Shown: positions 34,493 through 47,849, numbered from the stretch's first letter. The stretch: 64,000 nt of DNA from Octopus bimaculoides (GCF_001194135.2 NC_068989.1:26565646-26629645); one strand, 5' to 3'. Notes: generated by a model not told the origin, from the sequence alone. Translations and numbers: made by a program.

Positions 34493-34759
34493 TGCATACA
34501 TACATACAATATATATGCACACACATATATACATGTATATGTGAATAAATATAAACCTCATATAGGGATAGTTTTATCCAAGATATACTGGTTTAATATA
34601 GTATACTTTGAAGACGCAATTCTTAAATAAATATACTAGGCTTTATTTTTTAATATACTCAGGCCATTTCCCACATTTTAGGGGGGTGAGCCACAACAAG
34701 ACACACAAGAGGCAAGCTCCGTTCTACGCTTCGGTCTAGGCATAGAACGAAACTACCAG

Positions 34760-36196
34760 TATCAGAAGTATCAGCCCGACAGCATATGCTAGTGTACCCC
34801 TGCCGCATCAGTACGGTTTTGTATCCCTTTGATCAACATCAACTAAATTCAACAGTCCACAACACTCTAAGCTTTCCTATCATTTATAAACTCTTTTGTC
34901 TCACTCACTACATCTCTAACTACCAAATCTTTCATCACTCTATTAATCCACACAAACCGAGATATACCTCTGGTTCTGCTGCCTACTATTTCAGCCTTCA
35001 TCACCCTCCTTATAATGCACTTTTCATCCATCTTCTCCGTGTAGTCAAAACACCTCAATATTCATCTAACGAAATTGTTGTCTTTTCGCTCATTCCTGCT
35101 CGACTTCACACTTCATCCTTCCTGATCCTGTCCGACTCTGTCACATCCACTATAGCCCTCAAACATCTCTTCTGAAACACATCTAGTCACCAACCCACCA
35201 CCTCTCTTAGCCCCACGTCCTTACACCGTATAACATTTTCGGCATAATCACGCCCTTACACGCATCTCTTTTCGCTTTCCTACTCAACCTTTTTTTCTCT
35301 CTGCGTACGTTTCACAAGTCCAAGTATCTTATTTCCCTCCCACACACTATAACCCACTTCCTCAGCCAACACCTCATTCGTCGTCACATGTGATCCCAGA
35401 TAATTAAAAACACTCACCTACTCCAACATCTCACCATTTATACTTACATCTAACCTACCAGCCACTCCATCTCACGAACATCTCATCACTTTACTCTTAG
35501 CTACGTTCACTTTTAGATTCCTCCTCTCACACATTCTTCCAAACTCTACCACCAGTCTCCCCAGTTGCTCCCAAATCTGCCACCAGTGGTCTATCGTCAG
35601 CAAAGAACAGTTGATTCTCCTGCCTTTTCTCTCCATCTTCTCCCACCATTTGGGTTCCCCTACCAAATGTTCTAGCATTTACCTCTCTCACCACGCCATC
35701 TATACATAAATTAAAAAGCCACGGAGACATCACAGAACGCTGTCTTAACTCCATCTTNNNNNNNNNNNNNNNNNNNNNNNNNNNNNNNNNNNNNNNNNNN
35801 NNNNNNNNNNNNNNNNNNNNNNNNNNNNNNNNNNNNNNNNNNNNNNNNNNNNNNNNNNNNNNNNNNNNNNNNNNNNNNNNNNNNNNNNNNNNNNNNNNNN
35901 NNNNNNNNNNNNNNNNNNNNNNNNNNNNNNNNNNNNNNNNNNNNNNNNNNNNNNNNNNNNNNNNNNNNNNNNNNNNNNNNNNNNNNNNNNNNNNNNNNNN
36001 NNNNNNNNNCATAAATTAAAAAGCCACGGAGACATCACAGAACGCTGTCTTAACTCCATCTTTACATCAAACCATTCACTTACTTCTCTACTCACCCTAA
36101 CACACGTCCTACATTCTCTATAAAAAATTTGTACCACACTCAACAATCTACCATCTATACCATACAACCGCAACACCTGCCACATTGGATCCCTAT
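34760..36196 (-). mobile_element. RTE-clade LINE, 5'-truncated RT and C-terminus
   Basis: WQVLRLYGIDGRLL..FYRECRTCVRV..SEWFDVKMELRQRSVMSPWLFNL and LFFADD..FGRMCERRNLKVNVAKSKVMRC. 35700-35757 is repeated at 36010-36061 across the gap (assembly overlap). Confidence 0.88.
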
Positions 36197-37340
36197 CTTA
36201 AGGGGTCTGATCAAATGGACTGGGAATCCACTCCTCTTAGTAATCTCATATTCGTAAAATGACAGCAAATATATTATACGAGTATTAAATATTATACGAA
36301 TATTGAATAAGAAAATGGAGAGAAATAATGGATACAATTTAATTCTTTATTAATTAATATTGCCTACTATTGTTTCCATTTACACTCAATATAAATTACA
36401 AAATATATTTAATAAAATAAATTAATTTTCAGCTTTTTAAAATTTCAAGTGAAATATCTTCAGGCCAAAAAGGACATTAAGGAATTTACATGTGAATCAG
36501 TTGTGGTACTCCAACAGATTAAGTACATGAAAGTATTTTCAGCTCTTTGTGCGTGCGTGTGTGTGTGTGTATGTGTGTGTGTGTGTGTGCGTGTGTCCGC
36601 GCGTGCGAGTGTGCGCGCGTGCGTTAATATTTAATTGAAATGTAGTAATCATAAAATTATTTGAATATAACATTAATAAATTCAAGTATATTAAAATAAA
36701 TGACGAAACTAAATATTAAGAATAAAAATAAAGTTTACAAGTAAAAATGAATATGAGAAATAAAAGCAATAAAATAATTATATNNNNNNNNNNNNNNNNN
36801 NNNNNNNNNNNNNNNNNNNNNNNNNNNNNNNNNNNNNNNNNNNNNNNNNNNNNNNNNNNNNNNNNNNNNNNNNNNNNNNNNNNNNNNNNNNNNNNNNNNN
36901 NNNNNNNNNNNNNNNNNNNNNNNNNNNNNNNNNNNNNNNNNNNNNNNNNNNNNNNNNNCATATATATACATATATATACATATATATATACATATATATA
37001 TATAGAGAGAGGATTAAAAAAAAATTAAAATAAAATCTTCATACATATGGATTCCATGGTTTATTTCAATTCGTGTGTAAGTGTGTGTACGTATAAAAAT
37101 AAAAGATGAAATATAAAGATAACGTATGAATAAAATTTAATAAACATGAATGTCTATTCTCTATTTGTGTTTGTGTGTGGTTGTATGTGTGAGTGTATAT
37201 TGATGCTTACTATGTATGCTAATTTATGTGTGCGTATGCGTGCATGTATTTTATTAAGATTGTCGAATCAAAGCGGTTTATCAATATATAGGGTTACATA
37301 TGACGGATGTACATCTTCCCTTTTAGTTTATGTGTGTGTA

Positions 37341-37413
<73 letters not shown>

Positions 37414-37606
37414 CTGTGTGTTTGTGTGCATGAATATTTACTGCCTAAGTTAATTTCTGTGCATGTATGTATAATATGTATGTTAGTAACTGATTATCTA
37501 ATCAAAACATTTTTTATATATGCCTTCGTATATAATTTTAGAAAAAGTTAATCATAATATTCATTAATTATAATTAATTATATTTATATTTGCATATATT
37601 TAGACA

Positions 37607-37948
37607 GTGGAGGCGCAATGGCCCAGTGGTTAGGGCAGCGGACTCGCGGTCATAGGATCGTGGTTTCGATTCCCAGACAGGGCGTTGTGTGTGTGTTTAT
37701 TGAGCGAAAACACCTAAAGCTGCACGAGTCTGCTGTACTCTCTCACTATTACTTTCTGTTGTGCCTGTAATTCAAAGGGTCAGCCTTGTCACACTGTGTC
37801 ACGCTGAATATCCACGAGAACTACGTTAAGGGTACACGTGTCTGTTGAGTGCTCAGCCACTTGCACGTTAATTTCACGAGCAGGCTGTTCCATTGATCGG
37901 ATCAACTGGAACCCTCGACGTCGTAAGCCACGGAGTGCCAACAACAAC
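37607..37948 (+). mobile_element. SINE family 2 copy (internal deletion) with short TSD
   Basis: A-box TGGCCCAGTGG, B-box GGTTTCGATTCC, collinear with 28724-29109; atatttaga present on both flanks. Confidence 0.88.
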
Positions 37949-38274
37949 ATATTTAGATGTATCGACATATTAACTGTAGAAAATGATAATCTATGATAGA
38001 TACCCCAAAACAATTATGCAATTTATTATAGCATAAAACAGTAAGATAAAATAGTGTATTTATATTTACGAGTGTATAATTGTTTGAAAACAAAAATAAA
38101 AATAATAAAGGTAATTCATTACACTTGATAATAAATAAGTATATATATATTTATATCGATATTCATATTAATCTAATAATAAAAATTAGAGTTATTAATT
38201 CATATTTTTATATATATCTCCGTACATCTAAGTGTGTGTGAGAAATCACACACTCACACACACACGCCCATATA

Positions 38275-38326
<52 letters not shown>

Positions 38327-38386
38327 TATATATGCATATATATATATACATACATATACATGCCTACTTTACACGCATCTAAGATT

Positions 38387-38423
<37 letters not shown>

Positions 38424-38880
38424 GTATATATGTATGTAAGTATCAAGTTTTATTCGTTATTAATTAATAAATCGTTATTAATTAATCTAATAATACAATA
38501 CAACAAATTTCAGATTGAAATATATCTATTGCGAACACTAATATTGATGGCACAGACGCACACATAAATTATCTTTCATTTTTATACGAGCACTCACACA
38601 CGAATTTAATTAAACCATAGACATCCATATGCATACTTCTTGTTTTATTTTTTTATTTTCATCTTCATTTTTATTATTATTTGTCTTGTATATTTTTATA
38701 TGTTTTTATAATTGCTATTTTATTACTTTTATTACTTTTACTTCTCATTTTCATTTCTATTTTTAATCGTTATTATATTTTTAATGTTTATTTTAATCAT
38801 TCATGTTTATATGCTTTAAGTTATCATCATTATTATATTGAAATAATTATATGATTAGCATACTTACATAAAATATTAAC

Positions 38881-39043
38881 GGCGCAGGAGTGGCTGTGTG
38901 GTAAGTAGCTTGCTTACCAACCACACGGTTCCGAGTACAGTCCCACTGCGTGACACCTTCAGCAAATGTCTTCTACTATAACCTCGGACCGACCAAAGCC
39001 TTGTGAGTGGATTTGGTAGACGGAAACTGAAAGAAGCCCGTCG

Positions 39044-39045
<2 letters not shown>
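38881..39045 (+). mobile_element. SINE family 1, 5' half, ending in (TA)n(TG)n
   Basis: ggcgcaggagtggctgtgtggtaagtagcttgcttaccaacc... collinear with 13472-13640. Confidence 0.9.
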
Positions 39046-39105
<60 letters not shown>

Positions 39106-40676
39106 AACATTATTAAGGGATCAGCAACACTTGCTTCACCACATACCGAAGTTGAGAAATAGCAGCTAAAGTGCGAAAACTCCAACAGATATCAATACTT
39201 GTAACTCACAAAGGCAAAACAAGAAGAAAAAAACAACGAAACTAACCAGTCTTAGTTAATCCTAGACGCGTTTTTGGATCAGAAGAGTAAAGACCTTCAT
39301 TTCCGTCACAGTATGATATTCTAGTTTCCAAGTTTGAAGATACTGTCATCCATGCATGCTCAACCCTCGATATCGTGCATCAACATAATATAACCACCAC
39401 CTCCAAACATACATAGGACAGTCAGTCCTTTTAGAAGGGGGTGGGGAGGGTTTTCGGTAAATTCACCCGAATCCACTTCAATTCGTCTTAGCTTTCAGGA
39501 AAATGGATATTTTGTAATGAAATTGTCTACAAATATATCTCGGAATATGTAAATTCCAAGCATATAGAATTTTTGCGGAGAACAATTGTAAATTGTAAAT
39601 GTAAATTCCAAGTATATAGGATTTTTGCAGAGAATACTGGCGGCTGGATCGGAGCAAGTCGTCCATATTTGTTTTAGATTCTCCGTTTTGTGCGTCCGTT
39701 TAAAACCCTTAACCCTAGTCGTAAAATTTCGGGAAAGAGATTGAAAAGTTAAGGAGTGGGTGTATAAAAATGACTAAAAGGAGATTTTGTGCATATTCAG
39801 AATCTCCATTGAAGACAAGGAATCTGTAGGAAAAAAAGCACAAAGGGGTGACATGCTTATTCTCAGGGTCATCACAAACAGACATATATATATATATGAG
39901 GAAAGAAGTTAAAACGAGAAATCATTCCATGGAATATAATGTTTATTATAGAGATTATGTTACAAATTACACTTTACACACGAGCACGCACACACACACA
40001 TAAGTATATATCATACACAAATAGAAAGCCGGGGAAGAATATAAAAATGAAAGTAACTTTAGGAAAATTTTTTTATCTGAAATCGTCACAACTGTAATGA
40101 TGTATACATACGTGTGTGTGTGTGCGTGTGTGTGTGTGGGTGTGTGTGTATGTGTGTGTGCTAATAGCTGGTTACTTAGTTACTATGTTGACACTGACGA
40201 AGCAGTTATATGAAAGTGTTGATAAGTCGAATTGCGCCAAGAATAATCACATGGGATTCGAACGTCAAATATCAAGTCTTAATAAGGTGACTTGTTCCAA
40301 AATTGACCGAAGCATGTATTGGAAAAATCAATATATAATATACAGAACCTCGTTTAATTAAATGAGAAAAAGGCGTCTATCTCTGCATGAGATTTTCTTT
40401 CTGACATGAAAGAACTTTTGGAAATTCTTTTTTATTAGAAATCATCACAACTGTAATAATGTATACATACGTGTGTGTGTAAATAGCTGATTAGGACGCC
40501 AAAAGCAGGAGGTTCAAATACAGGAAGTTGAGAATATGATATATGTCGATAAATATTATTTTTAATAGAACAAAAATAAATCAAGACTGTATTATTCTTT
40601 CCAATGTCAAAGTATTCCTACACTCCAAGTATGGTATGGATTGATCGAGAGGCTTGGGCGTGCATGGAGGACTCAC

Positions 40677-40722
<46 letters not shown>

Positions 40723-40929
40723 TACTTACATATATGAGGAGAGAGAGAGAGACTGAGAGAGAAGGATAGAGACATACATAAATACATAACTTTTAAAATT
40801 CATTTTATTCGAAAATCCGTTGAATCTATAAGAACTTGTACGGTCGTATCTATTTGTCGTGCTTTGGATTTAATTATTGGATATTTTACAATGAATTTTC
40901 TTATTGTTTTGCCTGGAAAATACATATCC

Positions 40930-41185
40930 ACTGTGTCCAGAATTCAAATGACACGGGGAGATATTGATAAATCGGTTATAGCTGATCATGTATGGAAAAA
41001 TGGAGACCACCTCCCCCTGTGGGATGAAGTTAAAATAATAAACAGAGAACACCACTGGAAAATACGAAAACTAAATGAAGCAGCACATATGCTAGGACAC
41101 AACAACCACCTAAGCAGACCGAGTGCAGATATGATCAGCATATGGGAATCGGTATTAAGGAATGATAGGAGAATATTAGATGTAT
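40930..41185 (+). mobile_element. PLE GIY-YIG endonuclease C-terminal fragment (Penelope/Poseidon-like)
   Basis: DKSVIADHVWKNGDHLPLWDEVKII.REHHWKIRKLNEAAHM..LSR...ISIWESVL matches the pattern KS..A.H....H...W....I..E....RK..EA. Confidence 0.75.
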
Positions 41186-41212
41186 AAGCCCTAAAATTTA
41201 CTCCAAAATTGG

Positions 41213-41318
41213 CCACGGGCATATGCCGTAGTGTTTAATAGCACGGGCTACTAACCCCAAGATTCTGAGTTCGATACCAGGCAGTGACAAGAAATAATAA
41301 TAATAATAATAATAATAA
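41213..41318 (+). mobile_element. Short tRNA-like SINE head followed by (AAT)n
   Basis: A-box-like atgccgtagtgtttaa, B-box gagttcgatacc, followed by aataataat. Confidence 0.65.
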
Positions 41319-41319
41319 C

Positions 41320-41720
41320 CCCAAGTATTAAGGACTTGAAACAGAAATTGGCAAAATGTGGAAACTCAAGACAAAAAAACAATACCTGTTGTCATAGGTG
41401 TCAATGATAGCAAAAGGAACTGATTGTTACCTAGCTCAGATCCTAGAAAATAAAAAAAATGGTAGATATTCAAAAAATAGTGCTAATGGGATCTGCCCAT
41501 ATTCCACGTGCAATACTGTCTATGTAATTTTAAAACAATCTTATGATTCGTGTTTTCTTAAACATTCTTAAACATTCTCTAGAGCAATACTTTGTGCCAA
41601 ACCAAATATATGGCACCCTAGTCATCACGCCAACTTGAACATCTAACTTGTTGCTTCTTGAGGTCTCTGGCTGAGACTTGGAATCAACTTGTACAAATAC
41701 AAATCAGACTTCAAACATAT
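41320..41720 (+). mobile_element. R4/Dong-like 3' end, subfamily A (decayed)
   Basis: KY.DL.TEIGKMWKLKT..IPVVIG..MIAKGTDCYLAQI..IQKIVLMGSAHI with frameshifts, then a 3' UTR and (AAT)n. Confidence 0.75.
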
Positions 41721-41778
41721 AATAATAATAATCATAATAACAATAATAATAATAATAATGATAATAATAATAATAATG

Positions 41779-42120
41779 ACAACGTTTCTCTAAAAGAAAT
41801 GGAAAAACTTTCAAAATACAAAGACCTGGAAATAGAGATAACTCGAATGTGGAATCTAAAAACAGAAACAATTCCTATCATAGTAGGTGCCTTAGGTATA
41901 ATAAAAAAATATTCAGACAAATACATAACAAAAACACCAGGACTTACAAATATATATAACATACAGAAAATTGCACTACTGGGTACTGCACACATTCTAC
42001 GCAAAACACTTTCAATACAGTAAACATAAGAGCACCACAGCAAACCACAGCACATACCCAAGGCGCACAGAGCTGCGCTCGGTAGTGAAGTGAAAGCACG
42101 TTATAAAAATAAAACTACTG
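41779..42120 (+). mobile_element. R4/Dong-like 3' end, subfamily B (well preserved)
   Basis: VSLKEMEKLSKYKDLEIEITRMWNLKTETIPIIVGALGIIKK..IQKIALLGTAHILRKTLSIQ*; same family as 16747-17040. Confidence 0.85.
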
Positions 42121-42139
42121 AATAATAATAATAATAATA

Positions 42140-42410
42140 CTTAGCTTGGGAGGTTAAGCAGTTGTGGTTGATGAAAAAGGTGATAGTAGTACCAATTATT
42201 GTCGGAGCCCTGGGAGCAGTGAGTAAAAATCTTGAGAAGTACGTGGAACAAACAGGGTTGCAATAAGGGTGGAGCACTTGCAGAAAAACAGCAGTGATTG
42301 AAACCGCTAGAATACTCCGGAAGGTGCTCGAAAAATAAAGGGTGTTACCTTAGTTCACTGGTAGTGAGCACCTGGCACCGTACTGCATCTCCTGTGCAAA
42401 GGCAATAAAA
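42140..42410 (+). mobile_element. R4/Dong-like 3' end, subfamily C
   Basis: LAWEVKQLWLMKKVIVVPIIVGALGAVSKNLEKYVEQ..LQK..VIETARILRKVLEK*; followed by (GAT)n(AAT)n. Confidence 0.8.
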
Positions 42411-42484
42411 ATGATGATGATGATGATGATGATGATGATAGTAATAATAATAATAATAATAATGATAATAATGATAATAATATC

Positions 42485-42875
42485 TGTCGGCTGGATATTG
42501 TCATATTGGGTAAGAGAGACAAATACTGTCAGATCCTTGATGTAGCCATACCAAATAACATGTATGTTGCGAGTAAAGAGGTTGAAAAAAATTACGAAAT
42601 ACTCGGAATTGGAAGTGGACATGGCAAGACTGTATGGAATGCGAGAGGGTAATGTAAAAGTGACACCACTGGCGATCGGTTCGTTGGGCTCAATCTTATT
42701 CAAACTTCAAAACTTCTTAAGGCAACTAGAAATCTCATGCAAGATTGATGCGTTGCAAAAGAAGCCTTCTTGGGCACAGCGCACATTTTAAGGTATTATC
42801 TGTCTGAGGTCCTTGTTGTGACTCGATAGATGACTAAAGACTCCGGTGCGTTTTTACCTTCACTATGTTACGAAG

Positions 42876-42878
<3 letters not shown>
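42485..42878 (+). mobile_element. R4/Dong-like 3' end, subfamily D, including the PD-(D/E)xK-like region
   Basis: CRLDIVILGKRDKYCQILDVAIPNNMYVASKEVEKITKYSELEVDMARLYG..TPLAIGSLG..LQK..LGTAHI; followed by (AAT)n. Confidence 0.8.
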
Positions 42879-42925
<47 letters not shown>

Positions 42926-43403
42926 GTGGCTGTGGTGGTGGTGACGATAACAATAATGATAATGATAGCAAACCACTCTTACTAAGTCCAACGAAAAATA
43001 CCGGGATTGTTGTTCAACAATAGGAAACTGGAAGGTTATTAAACACAAAAAAATGACTTCAGTGCATCGAAAAATGACGACTAATAGATGTATAATAGCA
43101 ACGAAATACATAAAAAAGCAGCACTATGAATAACTAAATAATATCTCTATGTGTTAGTAAAATGTTATAGCTGTTCACCCCATAAGGAAAATGTAGTGCA
43201 AATATTGATAGCGTTTCGCCTACAATAACTGCAAGTACATTACGCTAATGGAAAAACAAATTATATCAACAGCATACTGATGCTCAAAATCAAAACGATA
43301 AACCAACAGGCGCGAAGTTCGTGTTCAAATAAACCGCCAAACAATAAGAAAGTTACCCCTGCCATAGACATATATCAATTTGGTATACGAAGTGTTTGTC
43401 GAA

Positions 43404-43940
43404 GTCTGTGTTTGATTAGTATTTGCGAAAGGAAATCATCGTTCCCATCTCTAGACTTACGTGATACACACAGATCCAGATTACTGGGTAGCAATCCATC
43501 ATCACAAATAACATTCAGACAAATATAGTATCTGAGGACATGTCTTCCTGGGCCTATAAACAACAGTAGCATCGTCCCTTATGAGACCGCCAGATTTAGG
43601 TGGCAAAACTACTTCACGACACCGTGTTGGTTCTGTTTACTTCTCGCTCAGAGATTTAATATTGCTTGTCTCTCCTTTTAAGAGATCAGCGACAGTTTGT
43701 CACTGGATAAAACATATCGTATTTTGTGTTTGGGATGAGTTTTCATCGTTATCTAATGATTATCACACAGTGATGACTTGTCTGTATGACATAAGGCTAG
43801 AGATGGGAACGATGATTTCCCTCTACAAATACCAATGAGACACAGACAGTGTGTCGTTAGCCAACTGGAGAAGAGATCATTATAGGAATATAAACAACAG
43901 TAGCATCGTCCCCTATTTAGGTGTTAAATATACTTCACTA
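43404..43940 (+). mobile_element. Tandem plus inverted cluster of the ~200-nt hammerhead-associated module
   Basis: Plus-strand pieces at 43525-43620 and 43750-43940 (tataaacaacagtagcatcgtccc twice; ends tacttcac); inverted piece 43404-43472 pairs with 43779-43847. Confidence 0.7.
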
Positions 43941-46679
43941 TATATATATAAGCAAAAATTTAGATTCAGATGAATTAGTTACTTAAGTTGAGGCACCAGA
44001 ATTTGGTACGGTATTAACTTAATTTAATTCTATGTCTTTATGCAGCTGAGGATTGCTCTGCATTTAAATCGATGAAATGATTGCATTGTTCATTTAAATG
44101 GAGTTGCTTGAAACGATCGCACTGCATTACCTCCGGATATCCTTTTTGTTTATTTATTTATTTATATATATATATATATATNNNNNNNNNNNNNNNNNNN
44201 NNNNNNNNNNNNNNNNNNNNNNNNNNNNNNNNNNNNNNNNNNNNNNNNNNNNNNNNNNNNNNNNNNNNNNNNNNNNNNNNNNNNNNNNNNNNNNNNNNNN
44301 NNNNNNNNNNNNNNNNNNNNNNNNNNNNNNNNNNNNNNNNNNNNNNNNNNNNNNNNNNNNNNNNNNNNNNNNNNNNNNNNNNNNNNNNNNNNNNNNNNNN
44401 NNNNNNNNNNNNNNNNNNNNNNNNNNNNNNNNNNNNNNNNNNNNNNNNNNNNNNNNNNNNNNNNNNNNNNNNNNNNNNNNNNNNNNNNNNNNNNNNNNNN
44501 NNNNNNNNNNNNNNNNNNNNNNNNNNNNNNNNNNNNNNNNNNNNNNNNNNNNNNNNNNNNNNNNNNNNNNNNNNNNNNNNNNNNNNNNNNNNNNNNNNNN
44601 NNNNNNNNNNNNNNNNNNNNNNNNNNNNNNNNNNNNNNNNNNNNNNNNNNNNNNNNNNNNNNNNNNNNNNNNNNNNNNNNNNNNNNNNNNNNNNNNNNNN
44701 NNNNNNNNNNNNNNNNNNNNNNNNNNNNNNNNNNNNNNNNNNNNNNNNNNNNNNNNNNNNNNNNNNNNNNNNNNNNNNNNNNNNNNNNNNNNNNNNNNNN
44801 NNNNNNNNNNNNNNNNNNNNNNNNNNNNNNNNNNNNNNNNNNNNNNNNNNNNNNNNNNNNNNNNNNNNNNNNNNNNNNNNNNNNNNNNNNNNNNNNNNNN
44901 NNNNNNNNNNNNNNNNNNNNNNNNNNNNNNNNNNNNNNNNNNNNNNNNNNNNNNNNNNNNNNNNNNNNNNNNNNNNNNNNNNNNNNNNNNNNNNNNNNNN
45001 NNNNNNNNNNNNNNNNNNNNNNNNNNNNNNNNNNNNNNNNNNNNNNNNNNNNATATATATATATATATATAATGTGGATATATATATATAAGTGTGTATT
45101 TATATATTTACACACATATATTCACACACACACGTATATGTATGTAAATATGTATGTATACATACTTGAATAATACTTGGATAAATATCTTGTTGCATGC
45201 TATACAAACCGCTTTTACTAGTATTGACGACTGGATGTTATACATTGGGAATTCGCCTGTCACTGAATATACATCTGGAATTCGATAGTATCCTCAGAGA
45301 TTATAAAAAGAGAGAAATTGGACGGCATTCTTCACTTCATATACCTACAATTATTTCCACCCATCTTCACACCTACATTACATTAGTAAGATGATATGAT
45401 CAATATATTATGCAGACAATCCATCAAACGTGGTTAAATGTTTTTTTTTTTTCAATTGATTGTCTTGAATAAGTCCTTTGTTCGAATAAACTTTCGTCTC
45501 ACTCTATACAAGATTAAACATGTGGTTGATTCATAGGATCTCCAACGTATAGTGATAGAGTGTGTGCTACTTAAGGAGAGAGTATCGCTTCTAAGTTTCT
45601 AATTTTGTTCTCTTATGTTGAGAAATAATTATCAAAGAGTGAAGAGAGTTAAAAGAACATATATCCATATAATTCCTTTCTTAACCTGTACGGTAGTCAT
45701 GGATAGTACCATAACTCCAGAATATAAATTTAGTTACATGTAAAACTCATGTAAAACTCATGTAAGAATTAAAATTTATGATGAGCAATGTTTTTCCTTT
45801 TAACGGTGGATAAAAGAATTAAAAACTGATAGAGGAAGAGAGAGAAGCCTCTTACGTGTTTTTTTAAATGACTTGCATGTGGTTTCAGGTCTTCTTTTCA
45901 TAGTTCCAGTATAGATCTGCTTTGTGTAATGGTTCCTTGTGAAGTTACTTTTAATGTCTTCCCTACAGGCCATATACAAGCTCTTGTATGTTCGTCCCGG
46001 GTACAAATGATGGGTTTCTGGCTGTATTTTCATGCTGCTTTATTCATCGAAATGATTTAAAATCAGTACTTTTTTCTTATCTCGTCATGGTGCTTTGCAC
46101 TCAGTTCCTGTGGATAGCATTTGAGATCCGGCCTGTGTTCTATATACATGTGGTTGGTTCGTTTGGAACGGCTACTAATAGGGAGAGAGAGTGTACTACT
46201 TCAGGTGAGAGAAGCGCTTTTATTGTTTATATCTTTATACTTATGTTGAGAAATCATTATGAAAGAGTAAAATCTAAATCCTTAGTTAAAATGACGAACA
46301 AAACAAAATATAAAATCGACGAAATAAAAACCAAAACGAAGCCCCATGTTCAATTTACTACAAAATAAAACAATCTTCACGGTCAGATTATTAGGAAGAA
46401 AAAGGAAATAAATGAAATTTAGCTTTTAGAGATAATAATGTCATAAAGTGGTAAAGTCTGATCATTACTTGTGCTCGTTGTATACCCCTACCTGTTAAAA
46501 TGAAGCATTTGGCCTTATCGTACTTTGGAATCTGTCACTATAGAAAGATAATTCACGATCGTTTAGCATCCAAGCCATTCAGAAAAATTAGTAGGTAAGT
46601 TCTCTGTTCCACATACATACATGTTCTTCTATATGCCCACATGCAAGTTACGATACGTAGTTTTACATATATTCTATTA

Positions 46680-46905
46680 TTATTTTACTTGTTCCAGTCA
46701 TTTGCTTGCGGCCATGCTGCGGCGCCGTATTATAATGTAATAGTCGAACGAATCGACCTCAGGACTTATTTTCATGAAGCTTAGAAATCATTCTAACGCT
46801 GTATTTTCCCGGACTGCTAAGAAGATACAGGGACACAAACGCACCAACACAGTGGGACTTAACCTGGAACTATGAGGTTGAGAAGCAAGCTTATTACCAC
46901 ACGGA
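46680..46905 (-). mobile_element. SINE family 1, internally deleted (3' half fused to tRNA head)
   Basis: gcggccatgctg..tagtcgaacgaatcgacctcaggacttatt joined to cagtgggact..cctggaac..gcaagctt.ttaccacac (reverse complement of the head). Confidence 0.75.
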
Positions 46906-47139
46906 CAAACTTGAACCTATATATATATATATATATNNNNNNNNNNNNNNNNNNNNNNNNNNNNNNNNNNNNNNNNNNNNNNNNNNNNNNNNNNNNNNNN
47001 NNNNNNNNNNNNNNNNNNNNNNNNNNNNNNNNNNNNNNNNNNNNNNNNNNNNNNNNNNNNNNNNNNNNNNNNNNNNNNNNNNNNNNNNNNNNNNNNNNNN
47101 NNNNNNNNNNNNTATAGTAATGCTTATATGTATATCCGA

Positions 47140-47337
47140 ACAGAATGTGGAAGTCCTATAAAGGACGATGTTACTGTTGTTCTAGTCTCAGGTCTCAGGA
47201 AAACATCTTTTCTAGCTGACTATTGACACACAGTTTGTGTCCGTATAGCATTTACAAGGGAGGTAATCACTCCCATCTTTACCCTTACGGGATACTTACA
47301 AACCTATGTTTCAGATTGTTATCCATCTTCATATATA
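47140..47337 (-). mobile_element. Copy of the ~200-nt module with a decayed hammerhead at its 5' end
   Basis: Body homologous to 30965-31100 and 43790-43920; head AUGAAGA UGGAU-AACA-AUCU GAAAC AUAG GUU at 47332-47301. Confidence 0.65.
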
Positions 47338-47849
47338 CAAATATGGTTGTTTAGTTCACAGGTTATATAAACGACTAGGTACGCTGACTAAGTACTGTAA
47401 CGGATTATCAGGGCTCCATGCTCTATAACCGAGACGGGAGTTATGGAACCAATGTACATTTCCGATATAGCAGATATATATTTGTTAAAGAGGGCAACAA
47501 ACGTTAAGGCAAGACAATCATATCAAGTTATATTTGTTATTATTATTAGAAAAAATTTAAGTCTTAAAGATGTTTCTGGGATATCCAGAAATATAGGATA
47601 TCCCGTCTTTGGAGATAAATAGGGAAAATGTGAGTGGTATAGATCAAGGAAACAATGAAATAAAGGGGAAATAAAGAGATAAAAAATAAAAACGTGAAGC
47701 TTAAGATGTCAAAGCTCAAATTTACAATAGTGTAGATGCTAGTCCATAAGTCTTTACCTACATTCCTATGTAAACCCAAGAGTATTGAGATGTTTTATCT
47801 TGCCTTAGCGTTTGCTGTCCTCTTTAAAATTATTTCACACCCGATGCCA

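Noticed and set aside
39704-39718. aacccttaaccctag, telomere-like
   Set aside because: Only two imperfect units.
40190-40225. CTGACGA AGCAGTTATAT GAAA
   Set aside because: Stem II is poor and there is no properly placed NUH or stem I; at most a very old remnant.
41293-42921. Repeat-spacer-like alternation suggestive of a CRISPR array
   Set aside because: The repeats are variable-length (AAT)n microsatellites, the spacers are retrotransposon tails, and the DNA is eukaryotic with no cas genes.
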